A DNA stretch of 63,625 bases, filler included, from Octopus bimaculoides (GCF_001194135.2; 6 parts of 6 records of this genome joined end to end with filler, not necessarily neighbours in it); one strand, 5' to 3'; shown: positions 35,351 through 49,221, numbered from the whole stretch's first letter. The notes: generated by a model not told the origin, from the letters alone. A program made the numbers and translations.

Positions 35351-35744
35351 GTAACGTTAAAGTGGGATTTCGAAATAAGTGTATCACTGTAAATCTGAGG
35401 GTGCATCATTGTCCACTATGCAGATATACGGTGCACGAAGACATCAAGTAAAAGTCCCACATGATGAAGAGAACGTATTTCGCGAGCGGCAAGACCTGGG
35501 CAAACCATGGCATCGTGTAATGCACCTAACGTCATGTAACCTCCAAGGTTTCCTACTGCACCAGGTGTGTAGTGGGGAGAAGGAGAAGACCGACGATTGG
35601 CTGCAAAAGGCCAAAGACTCGTTAAGCGATGCTGTTACGGGCATAATGTGCAGGGGTCACGTGACTGTCTCGTAATTGCTTCTGTGATCGCATCAGGACT
35701 GTCATTGGTGCTAGGGCGGTTTAGTCGATATGTCTGTTACCATG

Positions 35745-35960
35745 AAGGCGGCGAACTGGCTGAAACGTTAACACGCCGGGCGAAATGCTTAGCGGTATTT
35801 CGTCTGTCTTTACGATTTGAGTTCAAATTCTGCCGAGGTCGACTTTGCCTTTCATCCTTTCGGGGTCGATAAATTAAGCACCAGTTGCGTACTGGGTTCG
35901 ATCTAATCGACTGGCCCCCTCCCCCAAAATTTCGGGCCTTGTGCCTAGAGCAGAAAAGGA
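35745..35960 (+). mobile_element. SINE, family B (best copy)
   Basis: GGCGGCGAACTGGCTGAAACGTTAAC (A box-like) ... GAGTTCAAATTC (B box-like), tail gggccttgtgcctagagcagaaaagga. Confidence 0.8.
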
Positions 35961-36639
35961 TATGTCTGTTACCTAGTTGAGTGAGTTCTCTGTTTTTCTA
36001 GGAATATTTTTTTCCTGTTTGGTGCCTTTGTCTTTCTTTGTGCATTGTTTCTTTCTCGGTTGCTTGGTGCTCCTGTATACCAGTTTATCTATAAACATAA
36101 TCTCTATGTGTCTTTTTTCTCCCCTATTGCCACACAATATCCTCTTATACTTATAAACAACAAAGAAAGACGCGGCCTAAAATATCAGAACTCATCCCAC
36201 CTCATGACAAATGAAAATTAACTTATTTTTATGATTTTATAAACTTGAAAATAGTCATGCATGGTCATTCAGTTCAAGTCATTATTTGAGTGGAAACGGT
36301 TAGGAATATGTTTGCTTTATTATAAACGTCCAAGCCTGCCAATTCTTTACGCTGAAGAATTATCATTTTCTTTTTGTAAATAAATCTGATAAAGAAGTAT
36401 GAAAATTCAAATAAAAATGTCCCTTCATTTCATTTTGTTTCGTAAGAAACAAACGAAAGTGTACCACTCCTTTCGATTACTGCTATTAAGAATATTTGTA
36501 CCTAATTTAATCGGATACTTAGAGTCAAGATACTTGTTTAGCGGATATATCTATTATCACAACTTCCAGGCAAAATCGCTAAAGAGAAAGAGAGAGCGAG
36601 GGAAAAAGAGAGAGAGAGAGTGAGAGAGAGAAGCATAAT

Positions 36640-36840
36640 ATTTGTTGGCACAAAGCCAATAATTGTGCTAGATCTTAGTCGATTACACTGACCTCGGTCC
36701 ATGGCTGGTACTTTATTTCATCAACTCCAGATATGAAATACAAAGTTCACCTCAGCGGGAACTAAACAGTGGACGTAAAAAGCCGGAATAAATATCACAA
36801 AGTATTTTGTCCGACATTGTAATGATGCTGGCAATCCAAG
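36640..36840 (-). mobile_element. SINE, family B (degenerate)
   Basis: Reverse complement similarity to 35745-35960. Confidence 0.6.
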
Positions 36841-36914
36841 TAAAAAGTCAAAAATTTGTGGTAAGTAAAATAAATAAAACCAACCTCAATACCTGACAGT
36901 TACTTTATTATATC

Positions 36915-37255
36915 AACTGTTGTTGGCACTCTGTCGCTTACGACGTTGAGGGTTCCAGTTGATCCGATCAACGGAACAGCCTGCTCGTGAAATTAACGTG
37001 CAAGTGGCTGAGCACTCCACAGACACGTGTACCCATTCAGCGTGACACAGTGTGACAAGGCTGCCCCTTTGAATTACAGGCACAACAGAAACAGGAAGTA
37101 AGAATGAGAGAAAGTTGTGGTGAAAGAGTACTGCAAGGTTCGCCACCACCTCCTGCCGGAGCTTTAGGTGTTTTCGCACAATAAACACTCACAACGCCCG
37201 GTCTGGGAATCGAAACCGCGAGTCCGTTGCCCTAACAACCGGGCCATTGCGCCTC
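36915..37255 (-). mobile_element. SINE, family C
   Basis: B box GGTTTCGATTCCCAGACC on the minus strand. Shares its body (ttgaattacaggcacaacagaaacaggaag...) with 63004-63225. Confidence 0.75.
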
Positions 37256-37537
37256 TACTATTCTATCAACTACCAGGAGATAAAAAAAAAAGCAAAGTTG
37301 ACTCCAGCGGGATTTGGAGTTGGGACATAAAAAATTCGGAACAAGTACTGCAATCCATCTCCCCGACATCTAGTGATTCTACTCATTAACGAAACAGCCA
37401 ATTGAAATAAAACGACCGAGTTACTTCCCTTGGTGCCATTATTAATATAGTCACCGGATGTTGATAAGTTCTGTAGAAGGCATGTTCCCGAGGCAAAGCA
37501 AATGACGATTTTTCCTCTTCCTCGTTGTAAGAAAAAA

Positions 37538-37583
37538 ATGCAGGTTTTCATCACTTTAGGATTGCTTTCTATCATCGCTTATG
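37538..37583 (+). CDS. Candidate first coding exon encoding a signal peptide (MQVFITLGLLSIIAY), phase-1 donor
   Basis: AAAAAAATG start, hydrophobic 15-mer, consensus donor G|gtaagt. A TATTAATATA element lies ~95 bp upstream. Confidence 0.5.
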
Positions 37584-38360
37584 GTAAGTACTTTGCGATC
37601 GCATACTTTATTTTTATATTGTCCTCACCAAGAAATCTTTCAGCCTGTTTGCATCAAATGATAAATCCAGAATTCAGTTACTTGCTTTCTATTTACTTCG
37701 AACTTTTATATATCCGAGTAGTAATAGATTTTAAATGCCTGATTGTTAGATTTATTTGATTTTATTTTTTATATAAAGGTATTTTACCGAAATATATAGG
37801 TATGGGTATTTGTTTTAGCGTGTCAGTTAAATGAAAATTCGGACCAAATATATAATATATATGTATATAAAAAGAGTCTGCGAACTCAAGCTAATTATAA
37901 CAGCAATATCACATGACGATAAACAAACCGACACACAGACACTTATATTGATAATCTCTAAGTATCTACGACATTGCTTTTCTAATCAAAGATTCCCTAA
38001 CTTTTATTTTCATCTGATATCAACTAGTGCCTGAAAGTTTTTCAGCTATTGTTTACTCGTAGTTAGCTGTGATCTAGCAGTCCTATATTCAAACATATTC
38101 CAACTACAACCTTATCGTTTTATATATTTTAATGCCAAACCGTTGTGTACCAAGGACCAGATTATTTAGTCTTTCATCCTTTCTATCTTTTTTTTTAAAG
38201 ATGGAACAATATGATCTGAGGGATATTTGGCTGCTATTTCTAACTGGATGAGTGAGTACATAGATGCTCCTTCTCATAGACACAGGTGTGTGTTAGTCTC
38301 AAAAGATAGTTTATAGTAGCAACGACCTTGTCATTGTCAAAATATCTTTTTTAATTGCAG

Positions 38361-38437
38361 CTGTTGCTCAGTCGATAACATTCACAAATGCATCCCACTT
38401 CTGTTTCTCTTTCGTAATATATCAAAGGGGACAGTAA
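38361..38437 (+). CDS. Candidate second exon (AVAQSITFTNASHFCFSFVIYQRGQ* if terminal)
   Basis: Acceptor tcttttttaattgcag. The phase-1 join completes an A-V-A|Q signal-peptidase site. The 3' boundary is uncertain. Confidence 0.4.
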
Positions 38438-39949
38438 ATGTAATAATGAAATTATTGTATACAGTTTCATTCATACATACACGCATACATAACTTATACA
38501 AAGATCTTTGTACGACACTATTTATTTTGAACTGTTTTAAGGTTATTAACAAAAACTATTCATTGGAACAGTAAATTTCAAATATTGATTTATATTTTGT
38601 GCTATCATCCACTTGAAAACTGGCATAGAAATATGCATGTATAGTGAAAAGGTAGAGTTTATTGAATTGTCCCAGTATATTATATGATGAAGTACACAAT
38701 ACATTTTAATTAAAATATTCTGCGAAAAAAGCATAGTTTACGAAAGGTAGAGCGAGAAAAAAAAACACGTTTTAAAATCAGGGTTGAAGCGATATTAATG
38801 TTTAGCTGTCTTAATCAGATTGGTATTGCATATGAAGGCGCAAAAAGGACTCTCGCATAAATTATTAACGGGCGTTTAAATTAAAACATTTGGGGAGGTA
38901 GACTTAACATCACCATCCATCTGGTCCCTTTTTGGGTGACTTCTATGCGGATCACTTCTGTTGTAAGCATTCGGGCTTGCTAGTGCCGGTAGCCCTGGAT
39001 AGAAAAATAAAGGGTCACGGGCGTTACCCTTCTCTCTCTGACTAGACTCTGACAAAAATTTAAAAAGAAGTCACATTGAGAAGGCTTCTTCTCCCTCCTA
39101 ATTTTGGGTATTTAGTCTATACTTCTTTATGTTGCCCCTCTTTTTATTACTACCATTTAGTTTCTGGTTAGTCTTGACTAAGTAGACCTATAACCGACAG
39201 CATCCTCGTTCATCTCTCTTGAGCAAAACGTATTTTTTTTTTACTGTATATATAATGTGTTGTTCCCTTTTCAAGCTTGTTGGCTGCAGTTACAGGGAGA
39301 TTTGGTTGGATTCTACCTTGTCGTGTTATGTAGAAAAGCTGTTATTCCTATTCTGTAATCTCGGTCTGTCCTATTCAAGATGCTCTATGACCTGTTGAAA
39401 GCAGGTCAGAGGTCGTGCTGCAATCTACAGAATCAACATATTACATATTCTATTCCAACATCTACAATTTCAATTACACTATCTGTTCAACTAAATCTCC
39501 CTCCAATCTATCCTAGCTTTGCTATATTTCATTCTAAAGTATAGATGACGCACAATTGTGGTTGGAAAGCTGATCGAATGATAGAAAAGTCGTAATTTTC
39601 ATGACTCATTGATCTGTTCTTATTACATGTGTTTAGTTACTCTGTGTAATGTATATAATAATATGTATTGACGAGGGAGCATGTGCAATAGCTATTGATT
39701 TCTGACTTAATTCATATTAGCATTAAAGTGAAGCAGCAGCACTTACTTTTACAAAGAAGGCAACCTCTACATGGTTCCTCAACCTTTCACAAATAACAGT
39801 CAAATCTCCTTCAAACCTTACTCTACAAATAAAATTTTAAAATAGGTGGGATTGTACTGGCAAAGAACGCTCTTTGATCATCACTCAGTTTGAACAGGAT
39901 TAGCCTGGGGCTAAACAACAGCAAGCGATATTTTTTTTTTCCTATGATC

Positions 39950-40260
39950 AAACACTTGTACTTGTGTTCACCTGGCATAGGTTGAGCCACCTCCAACCAG
40001 GGAACCTACAATTGCATGAACCTGGTCATAAATGTCTGATGGAGAAATCATCAGCCAGTCTTGATTTGAACTACTGTTATCATATTTACAGATGTTGATT
40101 CAAGATCTGACTTGCTTTCGTTCACATTTTCAATTGCTTACTTTGCTTTTTACATCATCCTAAGTGCAGTTCTGGCATGATTGCACCACAGAAATTGATC
40201 ACCATCTTCAAAAATCTTGCCATTGAGTATGATGGGGGCCTTTTCAGAGAGTGAAGCTAA
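39950..40260 (-). mobile_element. Highly decayed RTE-like LINE fragment
   Basis: PIILNGKIFEDGDQF, DDVKSKV and WRWL remnants in the expected order. Confidence 0.4.
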
Positions 40261-40574
40261 TAGTGAGGACATTGGTTTCCATACTAAGATGCAATACATA
40301 CTGAGGTGTTCAACAGCTAATTGGACATCTACATAGTAGTGTTTTACTAAATTGACTACTAATGTATTGAACCAAATCCAGATATTACTAAGAGTAATCC
40401 TAATACATTTAGTCTTGACACTCTTTCTCTTTACATGCCTGAACTGGTTCAGCTTTCTGTGGATATCCTTATATATTATCATGAGCTACTACAGTTTGCA
40501 ATCTATTTGGCTATTTATGCTTTTGGTATAGACATGGTTGTATGGATGAGAAGTTTGCTTTGAGGTCATGTAGT

Positions 40575-40935
40575 CTTTGACTCCTTTCCACTGTATGGCA
40601 CCTTGGGCAAGTGTCTTCTACTATAGCCCTGAGCCAACCGAGGCCTGACAAGTGGATTTGGTAGATGCAAATTGAAAGAAGCATGTTATGTGTGGTAGTA
40701 TTTGTGTGTTCATTCTTCTTTGTTGTTGTTATAAACAGACATCACCATCATACAAGCCCTGTTTTTCATTGACAATCTCCTGTGAAAACATGTCTTGCCT
40801 TTGTGCAGTCCTTTGTTTGAAGGACTAGTGGGGAAATATCTTGCTTGGAAATAAGTGAGGGTTAACAACAGGATGTACATCCAATGGTAGAAAATCAACC
40901 TCAGCAAATTTTACTTGACTCATGCAAGCATCTTC
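40575..40935 (+). mobile_element. SINE with family-A head and RTE-like tail
   Basis: Head as in 41319 (ggcaccttgggcaagtgtcttctactatagcc). Tail caggatgtacatccaatggtagaaaatc...catgcaagcat resembles the RTE 3' end GGAAGGGCATCCAGC...CATGCTAGCATGG. Confidence 0.7.
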
Positions 40936-41318
40936 CTTACATCAATGATGATGGTGGGAAGATGAGTCACTGCTATCTCTAGGAGTCAAGTGTTCATCAT
41001 TAATAAGACCAAGGAAAGTTGAAATTACATTATCTGATGGTCTCAGTGCTGGCAATGGCGGGGATTTATCTCCCTGCTAGTGATATAAACAAGAGTGTAT
41101 TTTGCACCAAAAGCCAATATGGAAGTTTCTCTCATGGTATCTACTGCAGTATAGTTTGTTCTAACAGAACATCTGTGTTTAAGTGGGGATAAGTATTACC
41201 TCTCAATAACGATGATGTATGACTACAGAAACACTTTTATTATAACATGCTGTCTACCCTGAGTGTTTACATTACAAGATAAAAATAAACATTTACTATA
41301 GAATTTATTAGTGATCAT

Positions 41319-41740
41319 AGGCGTAGGAGTGGCTGTGTGGTAAGTAGCTTGCTTACCAACCACATGGATCCGGGTTCAGTCCCACTGCGTGGCACCTTGG
41401 GCAAGTGTCTTCTACTATAACCTCGGGCCGACCAAAGCCTTGTGAGTGGATTTGGTAGATGGAAACTGAAAGAAGCCTGTTGTATATATGTATATATATA
41501 TATGTATGTGTGTGTATATGTTTGTGTGTCTGTGTTTGTCCCCCCAACATCACTTGACAACCGATGCTGGTGTGTTAACGTCCCTGTAACTTAGCGGTTT
41601 GGTAAAAGAGACCGATAGAATAAGTACTAGGCTTACAAAGAATAAGTCCTCGGGTCGATTTGCTCGACTAAAGGCGGTGCTCCAGCATGGCCACAGTCAA
41701 ATGACTGAAACAAGTAAAAGAGAGAGAGTAAAAAGAGAGT
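41319..41740 (+). mobile_element. tRNA-derived SINE, family A, full length
   Basis: A/B-box-like head, central (TA/TG)n tract, tail ...ccagcatggccacagtcaaatgactgaaacaagtaaaagagagag. Confidence 0.9.
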
Positions 41741-43204
41741 ATAGCCCTTAATGAGAACAAAAGCAAAATTCTACTGCATGGATTAATAGTAATAACAGGC
41801 ACTCTCTTTTTTTCGAGATGACTTTCATGTGGATGTCATTCAGAAATTTTATAGAGGGTAAAATATATGAAGGATATGAGAGAATTTGTTGATCAGCGTT
41901 AGTAACTGTGTTTCGTGGAGGTTTTGGTAAACTACACATGATAGTATGTAGATTATAGATACTGCCATAGACTGCTTGCTATAAAGTAGCACTGATTGTC
42001 TTTCTTCCTGCATCATGGTTGCTTTTTCTCTTTAATTCATTTTGTGAACAGAGTACCATCCTTCACTGTCATTTTGTATATCCGTGACTCCGATAATCAG
42101 AGTATCCTTTCTTCTAATAGATACTAGGATATACTTTTATGAAGATTTGGCTGCTGTTTCTAAGAATTTGAGTGACTATGTGGGCTCAGCAAGATCTGTT
42201 TTTGTTTTGAAAAATGCATATTTAAAAACAGATGGCAGGATTTTTGGTGTACACTAGCTTAGAATTACTCTAATATATGAACATGCAGGCATGCTAAGTA
42301 TTCAATATATAGTACTTCGACACTTTGTTCACCACCAAGTTAACCTTAATTGAGCAGATCTCTGTGTCTTTTCTCATGCATTGCCCTTGTTTTCTGAAAA
42401 CCTACTTTCCAAAACTTGTGTAAGCTATCCAGCTAGAAATTCTGACAAATGCTACACACAGCTTACATAATATTCTCTATGAATGTGTAAAGCATATCAA
42501 GTTTTACGTAGGCAGTAATCATCCACTTATTAATGTTTACAGTTGAGAGTAAAAGAATGTTGCAGTTTCCTCATCTGTAATTTACAACCTGAGGAATTAA
42601 TCTGTCTATCTGTTAGGCAATAAAATGCCTTATGGTATTTAGTTGTGGTCCTTTACATTCTGAGTTCAAACCCTCATGAGGTCCGTTTTACCTTTTAAGT
42701 TTTTAGGGTTTTGGTGAAATAAGCACCTGTCAAGCATGGAAAGCAATTTAATCAACCAGACCCTACCTCCAAAATATGCAACCTTTCAGCCCGTGTTAGA
42801 TGTCAGTGTTAAGTAGCTGCAATCACTGATTAACACAATTAATAACCAACATTATCTCTAATAAACTGTCAATAGTTTATTGTATAGTTTAAGAATCACT
42901 GATCACACACATACATCCTTCTTGTACTGTGTTACAGTTTATCTTTACTTATATCACTACTTACATTCTTGCTGTTCTGTATAACCATATATCTTGACAC
43001 ATGTCATAACCTGTACATATCCTTGCTACCTTGTGTAACTACACAGTTTAAACAAGTTGCAAACAAATTTGCTTTGTTATGAAAAGCAAACTGTAAACAA
43101 GTTTGCTTCTCATATTGAATTTTTTTTGTTGAAAATAAAATTATTCAAATATATTTTTCTCTAAATTTTCTATTCAGTAGTTTCTGTAACTTTCCTTTTC
43201 ATAT

Positions 43205-43598
43205 CTTCTATCTTTTACTTGTCTCAGTCATGTGGCTATGCTGGGGTACTACCTTGAAGAATTTGTTTGTCAAATGAATTGACTCCAGTGGTTATTTTCT
43301 TGTTAAGCCTGGTACTTATTCTATAAGTCTCTTTTTGTCGAACTGCTGAGTTACAGGAATGTCAACACACCAACAGTGGTTGTCAAGTGGTGGTGGAAGA
43401 CAAACACAGACATGACCACACACACACACACACACACACGCCTTCTTTGAGTTTTAGTTCACCAAATCCATTCACAAGGCTTTGGCCAGCCCAAGTCCAT
43501 AGTAGAAGACATTTGCCCAAGGTGCCACGCTGTGGGACTGAACGTGGTACCATGTGATTGGGAAGCAAGCTTCTTACCACACAGTCACGCCTGCACCT
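43205..43598 (-). mobile_element. SINE, family A
   Basis: Reverse complement of 41319-41740. Confidence 0.85.
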
Positions 43599-44589
43599 AT
43601 ATGCCAATTTGTGTTACATATTTGCATATTGCAGCATGTGTTATTAACATTTATGGGTGTATTTGAGGTGAATTATCTTTGACAGTATTTCAGCTAGGGA
43701 CCTTCATGACTTGAAGATTAAGCATAGTGCATCATCAGAGTGGAGAAAACTGTTGCTTTAGAAAAAGAATTTATCTTATACTGATGGTGTTCCACTTTGA
43801 ACGCTTCTAGTCTGTTCTTTTCTGGTAGTTTACAACAAAAGGGGGTGTCCGGTTTTTAAACTGGAACAATTTTTAAGTAAAACTCTATAAAAACATACTC
43901 ATGTTGCAGACATCATGAAATACTTTGACAAAGTGTTGTCATAAGACACTAGTGCATGGTTGATGCATGTTGTTGTGGTGGTGGTGGGGGTTATGGAGGT
44001 GGGGGTGGTGGTTGCTGCTGCTGCTCAAACCCTTTTACTTATGAAAGCTGCTGCAAACAACATGATGATGGGAATGACAGGCCAGCATGTAAGTCCCCGA
44101 TAGTAATAATAATGATGGTAGTGATAAGATTTCAATGGAAAAATTTTTTTTATCTTTGCTAAATAGCCCATCTGGTATGACAACAAGTAACATAATCAGT
44201 CAGAACTAGTTCAAATGGAAAATTAATCTGGGCGGTTTAATAAATATTTCCGTTCACAAAATATCTAACAGCAAAAAAGTAAAAGAAATAACATCACAAA
44301 AACTACATTCGTTCTTATGAAATATGTTAGCTTTTCTTATTTTTCCTTTATTTTTTGTTGTGTTGAACTGGCCACTCTAGTTTTTGCCTCTTCAATCTAC
44401 CTTACATAGTTTATCTTACAATATCAGGGTGTTGTTTATTATTTCTGAAGAGGCCTTGATTTATTGATATTAATATTGATTTTTTGGGTGTGTATTTGTT
44501 AGTCTCCAGGACAATGATAAATGTGTTTAATATCATTATCTTAATTTAATATATTTCTAATGTATACTATATATCTTTTTATCTTTTAT

Positions 44590-44935
44590 ATTCTCTTACT
44601 CATTTGTCATTAGACTGTGGACACCAGCCTGAAGAATTATAGTTATTCACCCTAGTACTTTTTTTTAAAGCCTAGTACTTATCCTATCAGTCTCTTTTGC
44701 TGAACTGCTAAGTTATAGGGATGTAAACACACCAACACCAGTTATTAAGCAGGGGTTGGAGACAGACACAAAGACACACACACACACACACATTTGATGG
44801 GCTTAATTCAGTTTCTGTCTCCCAAATCCACTCACAAGGCTCTGGTTGCCCTGAAGCTATAGTTGTCACACAGTAGGACTGAACCTGAAACCATGTTGTT
44901 GGGAAGCAAACTTCCAACCACACAACCACACCTGT
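44590..44935 (-). mobile_element. SINE, family A (degenerate)
   Basis: Reverse complement of 41319-41740. Confidence 0.8.
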
Positions 44936-45360
44936 ATATGTATTTATCTAGCGTATGTATAAACAAGGTGGCCTCCAAATATAATTTATTTATATTCTAG
45001 TATGTTTAATCTTGTAAATGTTTGAATTGGCTTCCATTGACTGTGCAATGTTTATCAAACCTGTCTAGAACACTGTGACACACACTTCAACACAAACTCC
45101 GATTTGCATCTGTGTCAATAAATACTTCTGAGATGGACTGTTATTAATTCATCCGCTGTCTAGGGTTTTCTCTCATAAAACTTATTCTTTACTACTTTGA
45201 GAGAAGAAATCGATTGGTATTATGTCTTGTGAATGTGGTGGCCATTTGAATGCTGCCTCGTTGTCTAATACATTACTGTGAAAATGTGCTGTTAAGGTAG
45301 TCCCCTAATGCTGAAGCATATGCTTTGCAAAGTATATACCTATTTTTAGGATACTCTGTG

Positions 45361-45401
<41 letters not shown>

Positions 45402-45533
45402 TCCCCTCCTCAAATGCCCCTACCCGTCTCATAATTCTTTGTCTTGTGAGTTAATTGGTGACCCTGCCAGTTCAGTGCCACGTAAAAGGCATTCAGTCAC
45501 ACTGTAAAGTGGTTGGAATTTCCCTTCTGTCTG

Positions 45534-45584
<51 letters not shown>

Positions 45585-45904
45585 ATCTGCCTCTCTGTGT
45601 GATTAGGGTGTTGTACTCACATAAGATTGTGGTTCTGAATCTTGGATCGGGCAGTGCAATGTGTTCTTGAGGAAAACATTTTGTTTCAATGTGTTCTTGA
45701 GAAATGCATTTTGTCTGCAATCTCTTCGACATGTATTGTAGCACACTATGCACCTGTACAGATATTGTTGATTTGGTGCAGGGAGTAACACAGGCATTTG
45801 ACCACTATTAACAAATTGTTTGAGCACATTATTCAGCAAGAAAATGGGGAACTCTCATCTGTTGTTTATAAGAAAGTCTACAATATATGTGTGTGTGTGT
45901 TATA

Positions 45905-46255
45905 CTTGTTTCAGTCATTAGACTGCGGTCATGCTAGGGCATGAAGAATTCTTTTTAGTCAAATGAACTGACCCCAGTACTTATGTTTTTTTTAAGCCTG
46001 GTATTTATTCTATTGATCCCTTTTGCTGAACTGCTAGGTTACGGGGATGTAAGCACACCAACATCAGTTAAGTGGTGGTAGGAGATAAACACAGACAGAA
46101 AGACACACACACACAATGGCTTTCTTTCAGTTTTTGTCTACCAAATCCACTCGCAAGGCTTTGGTTGTCCCAAGACTATAGAAGACACATGCCCAAGGTG
46201 CCATGTAGCGGGGCTGAACCCGAAGCCATATAGTTGGGAAGCAAGCTTCTCATTA
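45905..46255 (-). mobile_element. SINE, family A
   Basis: Reverse complement of 41319-41740. Confidence 0.8.
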
Positions 46256-46595
46256 CGCTGAGACCCCCTTCAGTCATGAATGACCATGGGATTGCACCTA
46301 GAAAGTTACCCTCCGAGGCACAAGTCCGGGCAAGGTTGTTTATGGAAGACCAGCAGTCGCCCATGCATACCAGCCTCCCCTCTCCATGTCACCAGTGTTA
46401 TCCAAGGGAAAGGCAAAGGCCGATACAGCTTAGCACCTGTGATGTTGCAACTCATTTCTACAGCTGAGTGAACTGGAGCAACATGAAATAAAGTGTCTTG
46501 TGCAGGAACACAACACGCAGCCCGGTCCGGGATTCGAACTCACAACCTCGCGATTGTAAGCTCGATGCTCTAACCACTGAGCCATGTGCCTTCAC
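46256..46595 (-). mobile_element. tRNA-derived SINE, family D
   Basis: Minus strand TGGCTCAGTGGTTAGAGC (A box) ... GAGTTCGAATCCCGG (B box), followed by a non-tRNA body, so a SINE rather than a tRNA gene. Confidence 0.8.
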
Positions 46596-47299
46596 TATGC
46601 AGGCATGTTTATGCCTATAGGTTCTTGCCACACAGCCGTGCTTGCACTTACACACACACAACATGAGTGAATATTTAAGATGTTGACTTAGAAATCACAA
46701 GTCTTTGGGTTTAATTCCAGTGTGTAGCATCATGGCCATGGGTCTAATACCATAACCTCATGTCAACTTCAGTCTTATGAGTGCATTGTGGTAGATGGAA
46801 ACTGTTTGGAAGCCTGTCAAATGGATTATACCTGTAATTTAATGGCTTATGCCTGTTGCATGTGATATCACACTGATTCTCCCAGAGAATTACATTAAGG
46901 GTGTGTATGAATGCCTATTTCATGTATTTATTAACCCATTAGCATTCAAATTATTTCGTCAAATTATTTATTCACATTGTTTTGAATTCATCATGCATTA
47001 TCTCATAGCTTTGAAATTTTGATGACATTGTAGGATAGGTATGAGAGTCCAGATCTGTCCAGTTTGAACATGAAGCAGGTAGAATATTTAGTCCAGACAC
47101 GGCTGGCTTAAATGATATAAGGCTAATACTGTATTGTGCAAATCACTGTGAAACAGGGTTGCCTTAGACACTAGTCTGGCAGCTACAGGAATTTGAAGTT
47201 CCTGCTTGTAAGTGCAAGTTATAAGGAGTTTCTGGAGCATCAGTGTCTGCAAAGTCAGTGTTGTACTTGTATCTGTTTTACCATGCTTGAATGGGATAG

Positions 47300-47600
47300 A
47301 ATGTCTTTTTGAGGACCACAGATTACCACTTGTTGTGGTCTTTTGTCAGCCTTCAGGAGGTTCAGTTTCTTGAATGTCACAACTTATGTTTTATGTTTTC
47401 CTTGCTCTCACTCTACCAGTATTTGGCATTTCTTAATGCTAATGACATCCTCCATGTACCTCGTATCCATACCAGCACAATCATCTATCTTGCACATTAC
47501 ATCTAATTCCTCTCATTAGTTTCTTTATTTTTGTTGTTGCATCACTCATGCACACTTGATATTATGCATGTAGCAAAGTAGGCTTTCTTTCTAGAATTTG
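47300..47600 (-). mobile_element. Decayed RTE LINE 3' fragment
   Basis: LCWYG...RMED...IKKCQ remnants matching the RTE C-terminus at 8550-8650. Confidence 0.5.
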
Positions 47601-48108
47601 CAAATCATCTATGCTTAGAGCCTACATTTTGATAACAAAACTAGAAGTTGTGATAATTACACTAAATACTATATACACACTGGTATGGTGTCCAGTTGGA
47701 AATTCTGACCAATGCCACTTACAATTTACTCTTTTACTTGTTTCAGTCATTTGACTGTGGCCATGCTGGAGCATCACCTTTAGTCGAGCAAATCGACCCC
47801 AGGACTTATTCTTTGGAAGCCTAGTACTTATTCTATTGGTCTCTTTTTGCTGAACTGCTAAGTTACGACTCACCATAACACCCCCCCTCAAACAAACAAT
47901 TCTATGTTATGTTGAGTCATTGACCCGAACATGTTTTTATTCTGTTACTTTTGCCTTTTTATCCTAGTCTCATTTATATTTGACCACTGCTTTCGCAGTC
48001 CTATATAAACTTTTTGGTTTCTTAATAAGAGACAAATATTATTACTGTTATATATATGTATGGATATACATATGTATATATATGTGTGCATATATATGTA
48101 TGTATATC

Positions 48109-48191
<83 letters not shown>

Positions 48192-48291
48192 NNNNNNNNN
48201 NNNNNNNNNNNNNNNNNNNNNNNNNNNNNNNNNNNTTAATTAATTAANNNNNNNNNNNNNNNNNNNNNNNNNNNNNNNNNNNNNNNNNNNN

Positions 48292-48330
<39 letters not shown>

Positions 48331-48908
48331 ATGTGTATGCATATTCAGGCATGTATGTGAATATATGCATGCATGTATATGTTTATATAATGAAATATGC
48401 ATGCGTCATTGTGTTTGTTTAGTGTTGTGTCACTAGGATAGGTCTAACCAAATTATATGAGATTTGATGAAGAAGATAATTTCCCAGCACCTGTTTTAAT
48501 CCTATCCACTACATTGGCTTCTTCCAGATGTTATCTATGTGGGTACATCCTCTTCCGTCACCTCCTCCTCCATGTCATCATCATAATCATCATCATCATT
48601 ATCATCATTCTCAACAAAATTATTATCATCTTGTGGTCATTTACACTATCATCATTGTCACCATCATCATTGTCATCATCTCTTGTAACATTAACATTAT
48701 CACTGCTTAGCACAAAATGCTTAGCTGCATTTCGTCCATCTTCCTCTTCTGAGTTCAAATTCTACAGAAGTTGACTCTGCCTTTCAATCTTTCAGGGTTG
48801 ACAAAATGAGTACCAGTTGAGGTACTGAAGTTGATGTTGGGCATCTTACTAATGAGTAATGTCCACAAGATTAAACAGTATAATGTGGGGAGTCTATTTA
48901 CTTTTGAG

Positions 48909-48942
<34 letters not shown>

Positions 48943-48959
48943 TCATTGTCGTCGTCATC

Positions 48960-49140
48960 ATCATCATCATCATGCTGGCATGGTTTGGATGGTTTGACCA
49001 CAGCTGGCAAACAAGATAGTTGTATCAGATTCCAGTCTGATTTGGCTTGGTTTCTATGGCTGGATGCCCTTCATAATGCCAACCACTTTACAGATTGTGC
49101 TAGGTGCTTTTAACAAAGCACCAGCACAGGGCACTTGCAG
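48960..49140 (-). mobile_element. RTE-type 3' tail fragment
   Basis: (CAT)n followed by ...gctggatgcccttcataatgccaaccac, the reverse complement of the RTE tail. Confidence 0.7.
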
Positions 49141-49221
49141 GCCAATCATTTTCATCGGGGGAGTGGTATTAACACGTCTGCTGTGGAGTACAGAACCTCT
49201 TTATATATATAAGATATATAT

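Noticed and set aside
40960-41195. ~75 open codons on the plus strand (...PRKVEITLSDGLSAGNGGIYLP...)
   Set aside because: No start codon, splice pair or recognisable homology; plausible by chance.
43956-44162. Gly/Cys/Tyr-rich ORF MVDACCCGGGGGYGGGGGGCCCC...
   Set aside because: Explained by (GGT)n/(GCT)n microsatellite; no convincing splice or signal features.
46520-46595. tRNA-like sequence with A and B boxes
   Set aside because: Continues into a SINE body and lacks a complete acceptor stem, so it is a SINE head.
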